Assembly: GCA_963665845.2 (NCBI GenBank)
Contig: OY762492.1
Location: forward strand, 2,816,001-2,880,000
Length of the DNA: 64,000 bases
Direction: 5' to 3'
Origin: Candidatus Poribacteria bacterium
GTDB taxonomy: Bacteria; Poribacteria; WGA-4E; GCA-2687025
Shown here: one piece after another, positions 18,765 through 27,634 of the stretch
How positions within the stretch are numbered: position 1 is the stretch's first letter
How the letters are laid out: every line of letters begins with the position of its first letter
Made by a program: the position numbers and the translations under genes
Notes under the pieces: model-generated
What the model saw: the letters and a program-made list of their open reading frames with translations, nothing else
What the model was told of the DNA's origin: nothing
Databases searched by the model: none

Positions 18765-19624
18765 TGCGACCTTATATAGACGTTCACGCGCATATCGGCA
18801 TGACGGTGTCGCGCAGCCCCGCCGTTGGTCAAACGGTCGGGCGGTATATGGGGCGGATGGCGTCCGCGGGCGTCATGGCGGCGGTCCTGTGTCCGACGGC
18901 GGGCGGTCCACAGGCGAACGGCGTCATGGACACGCGCCGCGAGCATGAGGCGGTCTCATCGGCGATGCGCGCCTTCCCTAATAGGTTTCCCGTCGGGCTT
19001 GGAATCGCGGAGGTTCGGCATGGAGAGGCGGGAGTCGACGAGCTGAAACGCGCCATGACGGAGGGCGGGTTGAGCGGTTTTATGTGCCATCCTGGGCTGT
19101 CGGGGCATTCTCTCGGCGCGGAGCTGCACCCGTTTTTGGAGGCGGCGGCGGTTCATTCCGGCCTCTGTCTTCTGCATCAGGCGGGGTCGACAGCGAATAT
19201 CGCGGCGTACGCGCGCCGTTTTCCGTCTGTCACGTTCATCATCGGGCATGTGTCGCTGAATCGAGGAGCGGCGCTGGACGCCGTGAACCATTGCGCCGAC
19301 CTGCCGAACGTATGGTACGACATCGCGCAGATGCCGCCGAACGCGGACGAGTCATGGGACCTGCGCCGTTTGCTGTCCGATCTGGACGGGGGGCGTTTGC
19401 TGTTCGGGAGCGACGCGCCGTATTACGATTTTCGGCTGACGCAGTCGCTCGTTGAGTCGTCCGACATCAGCGAGTCGTCCAAGGATGCTGTCGCCTTTGA
19501 AAACGCCGCCGCGCTCATTCGGCGGTTCGCGCCTGGATGGGAGCTGCCGACGGAGCCTGTCTCCCCGCCGCAGGTCTATACGGAGGAGGAGCTTTGGGCG
19601 GCGAAGGGGGCGCGGTTGTTGTGA
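18761..19624 (+). CDS. Amidohydrolase_2 family metal-dependent hydrolase
   Basis: IDVHAH, IIGH and LLFGSDAP motifs; ATGA overlap with the upstream gene. Confidence 0.88.
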   Translation: MMRPYIDVHAHIGMTVSRSPAVGQTVGRYMGRMASAGVMAAVLCPTAGGPQANGVMDTRREHEAVSSAMRAFPNRFPVGLGIAEVRHGEAGVDELKRAMTEGGLSGFMCHPGLSGHSLGAELHPFLEAAAVHSGLCLLHQAGSTANIAAYARRFPSVTFIIGHVSLNRGAALDAVNHCADLPNVWYDIAQMPPNADESWDLRRLLSDLDGGRLLFGSDAPYYDFRLTQSLVESSDISESSKDAVAFENAAALIRRFAPGWELPTEPVSPPQVYTEEELWAAKGARLL

Positions 19625-19635
19625 TTTAGAAAAGT

Positions 19636-19664
19636 TTGCCATGTCCGTCGATTCCCATTATGAT
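19636..19664 (+). promoter_or_regulatory. Sigma70-like promoter of the DUF262 gene
   Basis: TTGCCA-N17-TATGAT. Confidence 0.55.
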
Positions 19665-19700
19665 ATGGCTTGAACATTTTTTGGAAATTGAGAGAGTCCG

Positions 19701-21560
19701 ATGCCGCTAGAGCTGTATGATGTCAACCAATACAAGGTGCAAAGTTTGCTCTCCAAGATTGAGGAGGGCGAGATCGCCATACCTGAAATTCAACGCCCAT
19801 TTAAGTGGAGCGGGGCAAAGGTGCGCGATTTTATCGACTCGCTCTACCGCGGCTATCCGGTCGGCTACCTGATTGTCTGGAAGACAGAAGACGCGCGGTT
19901 GAAAGGCGGCGGGGCGTCGGGCGGGAAACTTATTTTGGTTGACGGTCAACAGCGTGTGACCGCTTTGAGAACGGCTTTGATCGGAAAGCGCATCCTTGAC
20001 GAGAACTATCAAGAGAAGCGCATTCAAATTGCATTTCATCCGGAAGACGAAAAGTTTGAGGTGGCAAATCCGGCAATCAAAAGAAATCCGGCGTGGATAT
20101 CGGATATCGGCGTTCTGTTTTCTTCGGAAAAGCGGGTTCGGCATTTGCTGAGCGAATATTGCGAGAAGAACCATATTGAGAGCGAAGCGAAAAAAGACGA
20201 GATTGACGACCGCTTGGAGCGTCTTGAATCGATCAAAAACAACCTGCTGGGTCTGATCGAATTGAAGAGCGGGCTGGACGTGGAAATCGTCACGGAAATT
20301 TTCATAAGGGTGAATTCGAAGGCAGTCGCGTTGAACGCTGCTGATTTCGCTATGTCGAAAATGGCGGCGAATGAAAAGTACGGCGGACATCAGCTTCGGA
20401 AATGCATCGATTATTTTTGTCATCTGGCGAGCCGTCCAGAAGCGTACGGAACTCTGGCTCGAGACGTTGATTTTGTAGAGACCGGTTACTTTCAGAAGAT
20501 GTCTTGGTTGAAAACTGAGATGGACGACATCTACGACCCTTCTTACACCGACATGCTGCGCGTCGCGTTCATGTCGGAGTTCAAGCGCGGCCGTTTGGCG
20601 GATTTGGTCGCGCTGCTGTCAGGGCGCGATTTTGAGACGCGCGAATATAAGGAGGAAAGCGCAGAAAAGTCGTTCGACCGGCTTAAAGAATCGGTCTTGC
20701 GTTATATGAATGAGGCGAACTTCAAAAGATTTATCGGCATCCTCCGCTCAGCAGGCATTGTGAAGAGTGCTATGGTCGGCTCCATGAACGCGGTCAATTT
20801 CGCATACGTTGTTTTTCTAACGCTTCGCGCGGGATCCGCGCATCATGAGGAGATTGAGGAATTGACGCGGCGGTGGTATGTCATGTCGGTTCTCACAAAC
20901 AGATATTCCGGCGGCCCAGTAGAGTCCGCTTTTGCGCAGGATATAGCGATGATTGACAGACTAAGCGCAAGAGCGAGTCTTGACCAAATTGAGGGGTCCG
21001 AACTGTCGGATGTCTTTTGGAACGTCAGTTTGCCGGGCCGCCTCAATGTGTCAGTTAAGACCAGCCCCTATTTCAAGGTGTTTTTGGCCAGTTTGGCGAA
21101 GGCTAACGACAAGGGCTTCCTGTCCCGCGACCACACGGTGCGCGATCTGCTGCTCGGCGATTCAGAAATTCATCATGTGTTCCCCAAAAGCTATCTTGCA
21201 AAAAGAGGCTATACAAAAGGGGTGTATAACCAGCTCGCCAACTACGTCGTCGTCCAGAGTGAAATCAACCGCGTCATCAGCGACACCCCGCCGACGGTCT
21301 ACTTCAAGGCGGCGCGGGAACAATGCAGCGCCCATGCGTCCATTGCGCTCGGTTCAAGGCCGCGGAAAATCTACGGGAGCATCGGGGACGCGGAGGAGCT
21401 GCGCGCCAATTACGAACAGCACTGCATCCCCTACGAAATTCTAGAGAATGCGAACGGCAGCTTGAAGGAACTCTACGACGATTTCTGCGAGGAGCGGCGG
21501 AAATTGATGGCGAAAAAGATGAGCGATTACTACCGCGGCTTAAGTTCCGCCGCCCCATGA
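19701..21560 (+). CDS. DUF262 plus HNH-like (GmrSD-type) putative modification-dependent restriction protein
   Basis: PEIQRPFKW, DGQQR and FIRVN motifs of DUF262; C-terminal EIHHVFPK...NQLAN. Confidence 0.85.
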   Translation: MPLELYDVNQYKVQSLLSKIEEGEIAIPEIQRPFKWSGAKVRDFIDSLYRGYPVGYLIVWKTEDARLKGGGASGGKLILVDGQQRVTALRTALIGKRILDENYQEKRIQIAFHPEDEKFEVANPAIKRNPAWISDIGVLFSSEKRVRHLLSEYCEKNHIESEAKKDEIDDRLERLESIKNNLLGLIELKSGLDVEIVTEIFIRVNSKAVALNAADFAMSKMAANEKYGGHQLRKCIDYFCHLASRPEAYGTLARDVDFVETGYFQKMSWLKTEMDDIYDPSYTDMLRVAFMSEFKRGRLADLVALLSGRDFETREYKEESAEKSFDRLKESVLRYMNEANFKRFIGILRSAGIVKSAMVGSMNAVNFAYVVFLTLRAGSAHHEEIEELTRRWYVMSVLTNRYSGGPVESAFAQDIAMIDRLSARASLDQIEGSELSDVFWNVSLPGRLNVSVKTSPYFKVFLASLAKANDKGFLSRDHTVRDLLLGDSEIHHVFPKSYLAKRGYTKGVYNQLANYVVVQSEINRVISDTPPTVYFKAAREQCSAHASIALGSRPRKIYGSIGDAEELRANYEQHCIPYEILENANGSLKELYDDFCEERRKLMAKKMSDYYRGLSSAAP

Positions 21561-21567
21561 AACTCCC

Positions 21568-22806
21568 ATGAGCCTCCGCATCGAACAGGTCAGGGCGCAT
21601 GACCTGCGCTTTCCGCTGGCGCCGGGCGAAGGTTCAGACGCTGTTCACCGCGACCCTGTCTATTCGTACGCCGCCGCTGAATTGACAACGAACGGCGCCG
21701 ACCGCGGCGTCGGCCTCGCCTTCACCCTCGGCGGCGGGAACGATCTCGTATGCCGCGCTATCAAGCTCCTCGGCTCCGCGCTTGTCGGCGAAGAGATCGA
21801 GACGCTCATGGGCAGTTTCGGCGAGATGTCGCGCCGACTTGCCGACCATCCGCAGCTGCGCTGGCTCGGTCCGCATAAGGGGGTCGTTCATCTGGCGCTG
21901 GCGTCGCTGGCGAACGCCTGTTTCGACCTGTGGGCGAAAAGCCGCGGCGAACCGCTCTGGCGCCTGCTGTTGAGCTTGACGCCGGACGAACTGGTCTCGA
22001 CGCTGGACATGAGCTATCTTGAGGATGCGTTGACGCGCGAAGAGGCGGTTGAAATGCTGACCCGCGCGGAGCCGTCCCGCCCTGAACGCATGGCGGTTCT
22101 TGAACAGGGCTACCCAGGCTACGACACCTCCATCGGCTGGATCGGCTTTTCCGATTCGGAGATACGCGAGCGGGTCGCCGAGGCGCTGGAGCGCGGCTTT
22201 CAGGCGGTGAAACTGAAGGTGGGCGCGGGGACGGAGCAGGACATTCGGCGCGCCTATCTTGTCCGCGAGTTGGCAGGCGAGGAGCGGCTTGTCATGCTGG
22301 ACGCGAACCAGTCATGGACGCTGCCGCAGGCGGTCGAGATGTGCGGCGAGCTGGCTGGCATGCGCCCCTACTGGATCGAAGAGCCGACGCATCCGGACGA
22401 TGTCGCGGCGCACCGCTCCTTAGTCGAGGCGATTGATCCGATGCGCGTCGCCGCGGGAGAACATCTTCCGCACCGCGTAGCGTTTAAAAACTTTCTCCAG
22501 CTCGGCGCCTTCCATTTCAATCAGGTTGATTGCGTTCGCGTCGCCGGGGTCGGCGAGTTCATCGCCGTCAGCCTCATGTCCAAGAAGTTCGGCGTCCCCG
22601 TCGTCCCGCATGTGGGCGACATGGGGCAGATCCATCAACATTTAACCCTGTTCAACCGTATCGCCGTCGGGCATGAGCGGCTGTTTTTGGAGCATATCCC
22701 GCACCTGCGCGAGCATTTTGAGCGTCCCGCGCAGGTTATGGACGGCGTTTATCTCACGCCTGAAGCGCCCGGCTCCAGCTCCGATTTAAAGGCGATGCCG
22801 CGCTAA
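21568..22806 (+). CDS. Enolase-superfamily L-fuconate dehydratase-like protein
   Basis: GSDAVH.DPVYS, RWLGPHKGVVH, KLKVG, DANQ, WIEEPT and AGEH motifs. Confidence 0.85.
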   Translation: MSLRIEQVRAHDLRFPLAPGEGSDAVHRDPVYSYAAAELTTNGADRGVGLAFTLGGGNDLVCRAIKLLGSALVGEEIETLMGSFGEMSRRLADHPQLRWLGPHKGVVHLALASLANACFDLWAKSRGEPLWRLLLSLTPDELVSTLDMSYLEDALTREEAVEMLTRAEPSRPERMAVLEQGYPGYDTSIGWIGFSDSEIRERVAEALERGFQAVKLKVGAGTEQDIRRAYLVRELAGEERLVMLDANQSWTLPQAVEMCGELAGMRPYWIEEPTHPDDVAAHRSLVEAIDPMRVAAGEHLPHRVAFKNFLQLGAFHFNQVDCVRVAGVGEFIAVSLMSKKFGVPVVPHVGDMGQIHQHLTLFNRIAVGHERLFLEHIPHLREHFERPAQVMDGVYLTPEAPGSSSDLKAMPR

Positions 22807-23888
22807 TCGGACAGCTGTAAAAACTGAACGCAAACAGGTTTCGGGATGTTCAAGCCGCTTCCCGTTGGGGTCAGCTCGCCTGTCTCTTGATCAATGCGAA
22901 AGCTGTACAGGTCGTCCGAGTTCTGATTCGCCGCGATCAAAAATTGCCCCGTCGGGTCGATGCCAAAGTTGCGCGGCGTGTCCCCCCGCGTCGATTCATG
23001 TTCAACCAACTGAACCGTCCCTTTTTCGCCGTCGATGCGGTAGACGGCGACGCTGTTATGTCCGCGGTTAGAGCCGTAGACAAAGCGCCCGTTCGGCGCG
23101 ACTCGCACTTCGGCGGTGTAATTCGTCCCGTCAAAACCGCTTGGAACTGTCTCGATGGTTTGAAGCAGCGTCAGCGCGCCGCTTTCGGCGTCCACGCTAA
23201 AGGCGTTCAGCGTCGAATCCAGCTCGTTGATGACATAAGCGAAGGCGCCGTCTGGACAAAAAGCGAAGTGGCGCGGACCTGCCCCAGGGCGCGTCTCGGC
23301 GTAGGGCGGATTGTTGGGCGGAATCTTTCCGTTTTCCAGATCCACGCTGTATATCAGTATCTTGTCGAGGCCCAGGTCCGCGGCGTAGGCGAAACGCCCG
23401 TTCGGATGAATGTTGATCGAATGGGCATGCGGCCCCTGCTGCCGACTCGGGTTGACGCTGGAGCCTGCGTGCTGGACGAAGTCGGAGGGCGGCGCCAGCG
23501 ACCCGTCCTCGTTGATCGGAAGAATGGAGACGCTCCCGCCGCTGTAGTTGGCGGCGAACGCATACCGCCCGTTCGGATGAATGGAGATATGGCACGGGCC
23601 GCGCCCGCCGGACGGCTGCGCATTCACCAACTCCAGCGCGGCGCTCTCTGGGTCGATGGCAAAGGCGGCGACGCCCCCCGTTTGCTGATTGTTGAAATCG
23701 CCGATCTCGGCGACAGCGTACAGATGCCGCCCGTCCGGATGAACGGCAAGGAAAGACGGGTTGCCGACCCCCTTGACAGCGGAGATTTGGCGCAATTCGC
23801 CGGTCGACATATCCAGCGCGCAAACGAAAATGCCGTTCTGGTCGGCGGGCGCGTAGGTTCCAATGAACGCGATCATGGCGGGCAGCAT
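22803..23888 (-). CDS. pgl: 6-phosphogluconolactonase (lactonase family)
   Basis: NPSFLA, ANYSGG, HAH, DLGLD, GPRH, NELDST, SNRGH and PRNF motifs. Confidence 0.9.
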   Translation of the reverse strand: MLPAMIAFIGTYAPADQNGIFVCALDMSTGELRQISAVKGVGNPSFLAVHPDGRHLYAVAEIGDFNNQQTGGVAAFAIDPESAALELVNAQPSGGRGPCHISIHPNGRYAFAANYSGGSVSILPINEDGSLAPPSDFVQHAGSSVNPSRQQGPHAHSINIHPNGRFAYAADLGLDKILIYSVDLENGKIPPNNPPYAETRPGAGPRHFAFCPDGAFAYVINELDSTLNAFSVDAESGALTLLQTIETVPSGFDGTNYTAEVRVAPNGRFVYGSNRGHNSVAVYRIDGEKGTVQLVEHESTRGDTPRNFGIDPTGQFLIAANQNSDDLYSFRIDQETGELTPTGSGLNIPKPVCVQFLQLSD

Positions 23889-23964
23889 AGCTCCTCTTTC
23901 GGTTGAAGTTGAGTTATGTTATCCGTTCGCGCCGTCCATGTCATCCCCGCCTATTTCCCCCTCG

Positions 23965-24056
23965 GTCATTCCCGCGCAATCGGGAATCCAGAGGCGCCGC
24001 AGACGGCGTCCGCGTTCGCCAAGCGGAATGTCCCAACTAAAGCGGTAAGGTCAGAG
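23965..24056. repeat. Palindrome plus MITE-like right end
   Basis: GTCATTCCCGCGCAATCGGGAATC followed by TGTCCCAACTAAAGCGGTAAGGTCAG. Confidence 0.8.
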
Positions 24057-24129
24057 ACGCGCGCTGTTGAACTCCCGCGCCGTATCGGTTAGCCTTAACC
24101 CGTTGCTTTGATCATGAGAGAGGGAGAGA

Positions 24130-24948
24130 ATGTTTACAGAAGAGCAGCGGGCGCATTTTCATGAACGCGGATATGCGCATATCGGAAAGGTATGGTCGGA
24201 CGAGCGGTTCGCGCAGCTTCGCCGGCGGTGTACCGACATCACGCAGGGGCGCGTGCTTCATCCGTCCATGTGGTTTCAAAAGGACATCGGCGGAGACGAG
24301 TATAAACTGGCGCCCGGCGGCAAGTTTCAAGGACCCTCGGACAACTACCGAAAAATCGAAGGCTGGGAGGTGGACCCGGTCTTTTTGGCATACATGCAAG
24401 ACCCGATCTTTCGCGGCATCACGCGCGAATGGATCGGCGGCAGCGTGTCGATCTACCGCGCCATGTTCATGAACAAGCCGCCGAACAAAGGCACCGTCCT
24501 GCCGTACCACCAGGACGGCGGCGACGGCTGGCGCCTGTCCAGCGCCGCGGAGCGCGATTTTCTCACCATCTGGACGGCGGTTGACGACGCGGCCGTCGCG
24601 AACGGCTGCGTCGAAGTGGTTCCCGGAAGCCACAAACTCGGTCTGCTTTCCAAACGCGGGCATACGATCTCCAAAGAGCATGAATCGAAACATGCGGAGA
24701 ACGCCGACTCGGTCTTCTTGGAGCTGAAAGCGGGCGAGGTCGTTGTCCTGCATAACTTCCTGCTGCACCGCTCTGGGGTGAACGAGACGCCGAATTCGCG
24801 GCGCGGATTCAGCGTTTGCTACATCAACGGCGCGATTCATCGGACGAACGACCCGCAGAAGAAGCCGTTCCCGCGCGTCTTTGGACCGGACGCCCTGAAG
24901 GTGGAAGACGCCGAGGCGCGTATGGCGGAAGCTGCCGAGAGCGCATGA
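24130..24948 (+). CDS. Phytanoyl-CoA dioxygenase (PhyH) family Fe(II)/2OG oxygenase
   Basis: YHQD, NGC..VVPGSH and LLHRS motifs. Confidence 0.9.
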   Translation: MFTEEQRAHFHERGYAHIGKVWSDERFAQLRRRCTDITQGRVLHPSMWFQKDIGGDEYKLAPGGKFQGPSDNYRKIEGWEVDPVFLAYMQDPIFRGITREWIGGSVSIYRAMFMNKPPNKGTVLPYHQDGGDGWRLSSAAERDFLTIWTAVDDAAVANGCVEVVPGSHKLGLLSKRGHTISKEHESKHAENADSVFLELKAGEVVVLHNFLLHRSGVNETPNSRRGFSVCYINGAIHRTNDPQKKPFPRVFGPDALKVEDAEARMAEAAESA

Positions 24949-24980
24949 ACTGAACAGCGCGAAGCGTTGGTCGGCGCGCG

Positions 24981-25610
24981 TCAAGCGCGTTTATGTCGGA
25001 GAAACCAGGCGTACAGCTCTGGGTTGTCGTAGGTTTCCGTCCAGGAGTCATGCCCCGCTTCGGGATAGACGGTCAGCTGGACGTTTCCGCCCGCCTGTTT
25101 CACCGCGTCGACCATCGCCTCGCTGCGTTCCAGGGGGACGACTTCGTCCTTCGCGCCGTGGAACGCCCAGATAGGCAGGTTGATCAGTTTCAGGGCGGTT
25201 TCAGGGTCGCCGCCTCCGCAGATGGGAGCGGCGGCGGCAAAGGTTTCCGGCGACTGCGCCGCCAAAGCCCATGTACCATACCCGCCCATGCTCAGCCCCG
25301 TCAGATAGACGCGGTCGGGATCAACGGGATGCTGCGCCTTGATCGCGTCCAGCAGCGCCGACAGCTCCGTCAAATGCGCCGTCCACCAGCTTTCGGCGGG
25401 GCATTGGGGCGAGACGGCGATGTACGGCAGATCGCCGCCCTGCGCCGCCCGCTTCGCTATCCCATGTTTCAAAACGGCGGACAGATCGTCTCCCCGCTCT
25501 CCCGCTCCGTGTAGAAAAAGTATGAGGGGTATCGGCGCCTCAATCCGCTTCGGGCAATACAGCAGAAAGCGGAGCGCGCAGCCGTCTATTTTTTCTTCGG
25601 TTTGAGCCAT
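24981..25610 (-). CDS. Alpha/beta hydrolase (phospholipase/carboxylesterase or peptidase)
   Basis: LHGAGERG, GLSMGG, FHGAKD and GHDSW motifs. Confidence 0.88.
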   Translation of the reverse strand: MAQTEEKIDGCALRFLLYCPKRIEAPIPLILFLHGAGERGDDLSAVLKHGIAKRAAQGGDLPYIAVSPQCPAESWWTAHLTELSALLDAIKAQHPVDPDRVYLTGLSMGGYGTWALAAQSPETFAAAAPICGGGDPETALKLINLPIWAFHGAKDEVVPLERSEAMVDAVKQAGGNVQLTVYPEAGHDSWTETYDNPELYAWFLRHKRA

Positions 25611-25751
25611 GACATCTTTCTTTACTTTAGAGGATTCTCCCCGCTAAGATACTCAAGAACGGGACGGAACGCAACCCGTAAAGGCGGAAGGGCGGTACGC
25701 CCATGCGGAGATATTCATTTTCACCTTAAAGCGTTCGCGCCGCCTGTCGCT

Positions 25752-25850
25752 GTCATTCCCGCGTAAGCGGGAATCTTAAAGCATCGCAGCCGCCGCGCCC
25801 GTCCTTTAAACCCCCCTAACCCCCCTTTTCAAGGGGGGAATCGGACGCGG
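25752..25850. repeat. Palindromic repeat pair
   Basis: GTCATTCCCGCGTAAGCGGGAATC and CCCCCTTTTCAAGGGGGG. Confidence 0.85.
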
Positions 25851-25902
25851 CGCCGCGAATATCCTGTATGAACGTACTGCCAGGCGGAAGGGGCTGATCA
25901 GT

Positions 25903-26664
25903 TTGAAAGCGTTGAAAAGGTTTGTTTTGGCGTGTTTTGTTTTGGGCGCGGCTGTTTCTGCGGCGGCGGAGATATCGATGGACGATTTTGCCGCTGTCTG
26001 GCTCTTTAACGAGGACGGGCGGGACGCAACGGAGAACGGGTTTCATGCCGAGTTAAACGGCGCGCAGATCAAGAACGGATCGCTCATGCTGGATAAGGGA
26101 AAGTGGGCTGAAGCGGCGAACCAAGCGGCGTTTCAAGCGCAGGGCGGCGTCACGCTCATCGCGCGCGTTTTTCCGACGCAGATCAACCGAGACGACGATT
26201 TTATCGCGCATATGATTCTGGCGAAGGGTAACGAGTATCTGCTGCGCATCGACCCGCCTGACCAAGGCAGCCGCTTCGCCGCGTTTTTCTATCTGGATGA
26301 AAATTGGCGTCCGGAGGCAAGCGCCGTCGCGCCGCAGGAAAATGCGTGGGCGACCGTCGCCGCGACCTATGAACCGACCGAGAACGGCGCCGCAAATGTG
26401 AAGCTGTATGTCGACGGCGAACTGAAGGCGGAGGCGAACCGTCCAGGGATGGTCTTGACGACCGACAACCCTGTAGAGATTGGGCGCTGGCAAGATTTTT
26501 CATATTTTATCGGCGCCATTGACGAAGCGGCGGTCATGACGCGGGCGGCGTCGGCGGAGGAGATCGCGTTTCTCTACAAGATCGGCTTGGAGGCGTTCAG
26601 CCAGGGCCTCGCGGTTGATCCAGCGGGGCGTTTAGCTGTATCATGGGGAAACCTGAAAGAGTGA
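25903..26664 (+). CDS. Secreted LamG-like jellyroll protein with conserved C-terminal motif
   Basis: Signal peptide; AVWLFNE, KLYVDGE and F.GAIDE motifs; ends AVDPAGRLAVSWGNLKE. Confidence 0.85.
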   Translation: MKALKRFVLACFVLGAAVSAAAEISMDDFAAVWLFNEDGRDATENGFHAELNGAQIKNGSLMLDKGKWAEAANQAAFQAQGGVTLIARVFPTQINRDDDFIAHMILAKGNEYLLRIDPPDQGSRFAAFFYLDENWRPEASAVAPQENAWATVAATYEPTENGAANVKLYVDGELKAEANRPGMVLTTDNPVEIGRWQDFSYFIGAIDEAAVMTRAASAEEIAFLYKIGLEAFSQGLAVDPAGRLAVSWGNLKE

Positions 26665-26685
26665 AATGCATGAAGGAGTCGTCAG

Positions 26686-27354
26686 ATGCGCAGGCTTCCG
26701 CCTTATTCAGAAGAAGCGACGGAGGAGATCTGGGAGCGGCTTGACGCGCAGATCGAACGCGCGCGGCAGAAGATCATTGAGCCGGCGCGCGAGCGGCTTG
26801 AACGAGAGGTGGAGCTGCGCGGCGAGACGCTTCATCTATGGGACGAGGGCAGGCTGTTTCGACCGGAGCATCCTGTCACGGTGGATGTGTTCGTCGCCGG
26901 CTTTCCTGAACATCTGATCCGAGCGTTTGCGACGCGGATCATGGGCCTCGGCTTGACATGCAACGGTCAAACGCATAATGCGGACGCGCTGGCGATGCTT
27001 TCGGTGCATCATGCGCGCGTTCTTGTTTGGAACGCGGACAATCGGACGCCTGGGTCGTTTTTCCGTTTGGCGAAGACGCGGCAGCCGCATCTAAAAGGGG
27101 TCGCCATCGGAAACGCGCGCAACCGGACGGTGTTTGAGCGTCTGCAGCGTTCGGGGGCGGCGGCGTTTGTGCCGAATGAGAGCGCGCCGCGCCGTTCCGC
27201 TGAAATGTCGACGCTTGAGCGGTGCGTCATACAGACCTTGACGCGGCGCGAGCGGGTCTGTCCGAATTTTGAGGAGGGGCATCCGTGCCGAGGGGAATGC
27301 GCCAGTTTTGAAGACCCGCCGCGTTTGACCCAATTGAAGCGCATTGCGCATTAG
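26686..27354 (+). CDS. Hypothetical protein (possible degenerate receiver-like fold, C-terminal Cys cluster)
   Basis: AAGGAG RBS; operonic with the LamG gene. Confidence 0.6.
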   Translation: MRRLPPYSEEATEEIWERLDAQIERARQKIIEPARERLEREVELRGETLHLWDEGRLFRPEHPVTVDVFVAGFPEHLIRAFATRIMGLGLTCNGQTHNADALAMLSVHHARVLVWNADNRTPGSFFRLAKTRQPHLKGVAIGNARNRTVFERLQRSGAAAFVPNESAPRRSAEMSTLERCVIQTLTRRERVCPNFEEGHPCRGECASFEDPPRLTQLKRIAH

Positions 27355-27372
27355 AGACGTCGCGCCCACGCA

Positions 27373-27460
27373 GTCATTCCCGCCCTTGCGGTAAAACGTG
27401 CGGGAATCTAGAGGCGCCGCAGAAGACGTTCGCGTTCGCCAAACAGAATGTCCCCACTAA
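27373..27460. repeat. Variant palindrome plus degenerate MITE-like end
   Basis: GTCATTCCCGC...GCGGGAATCTAGAGGCGCCGCAGA...TGTCCCCACTAA. Confidence 0.7.
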
Positions 27461-27634
27461 AAACATGTTGCCGTATGAATTCCGTTTGCGTTAAAATGAT
27501 CATACTTCTGGATGTTCTGTAAGCGGCGGGCGCGCTCGTACGCGGCTCTTCGTTTCGATGGCGTTTCAAAAAAGCGGTTGACGTTTGAGCAGACGGTCAA
27601 CATAGAAATCAGCAGGTCTAACGGAAGGAAAGCA

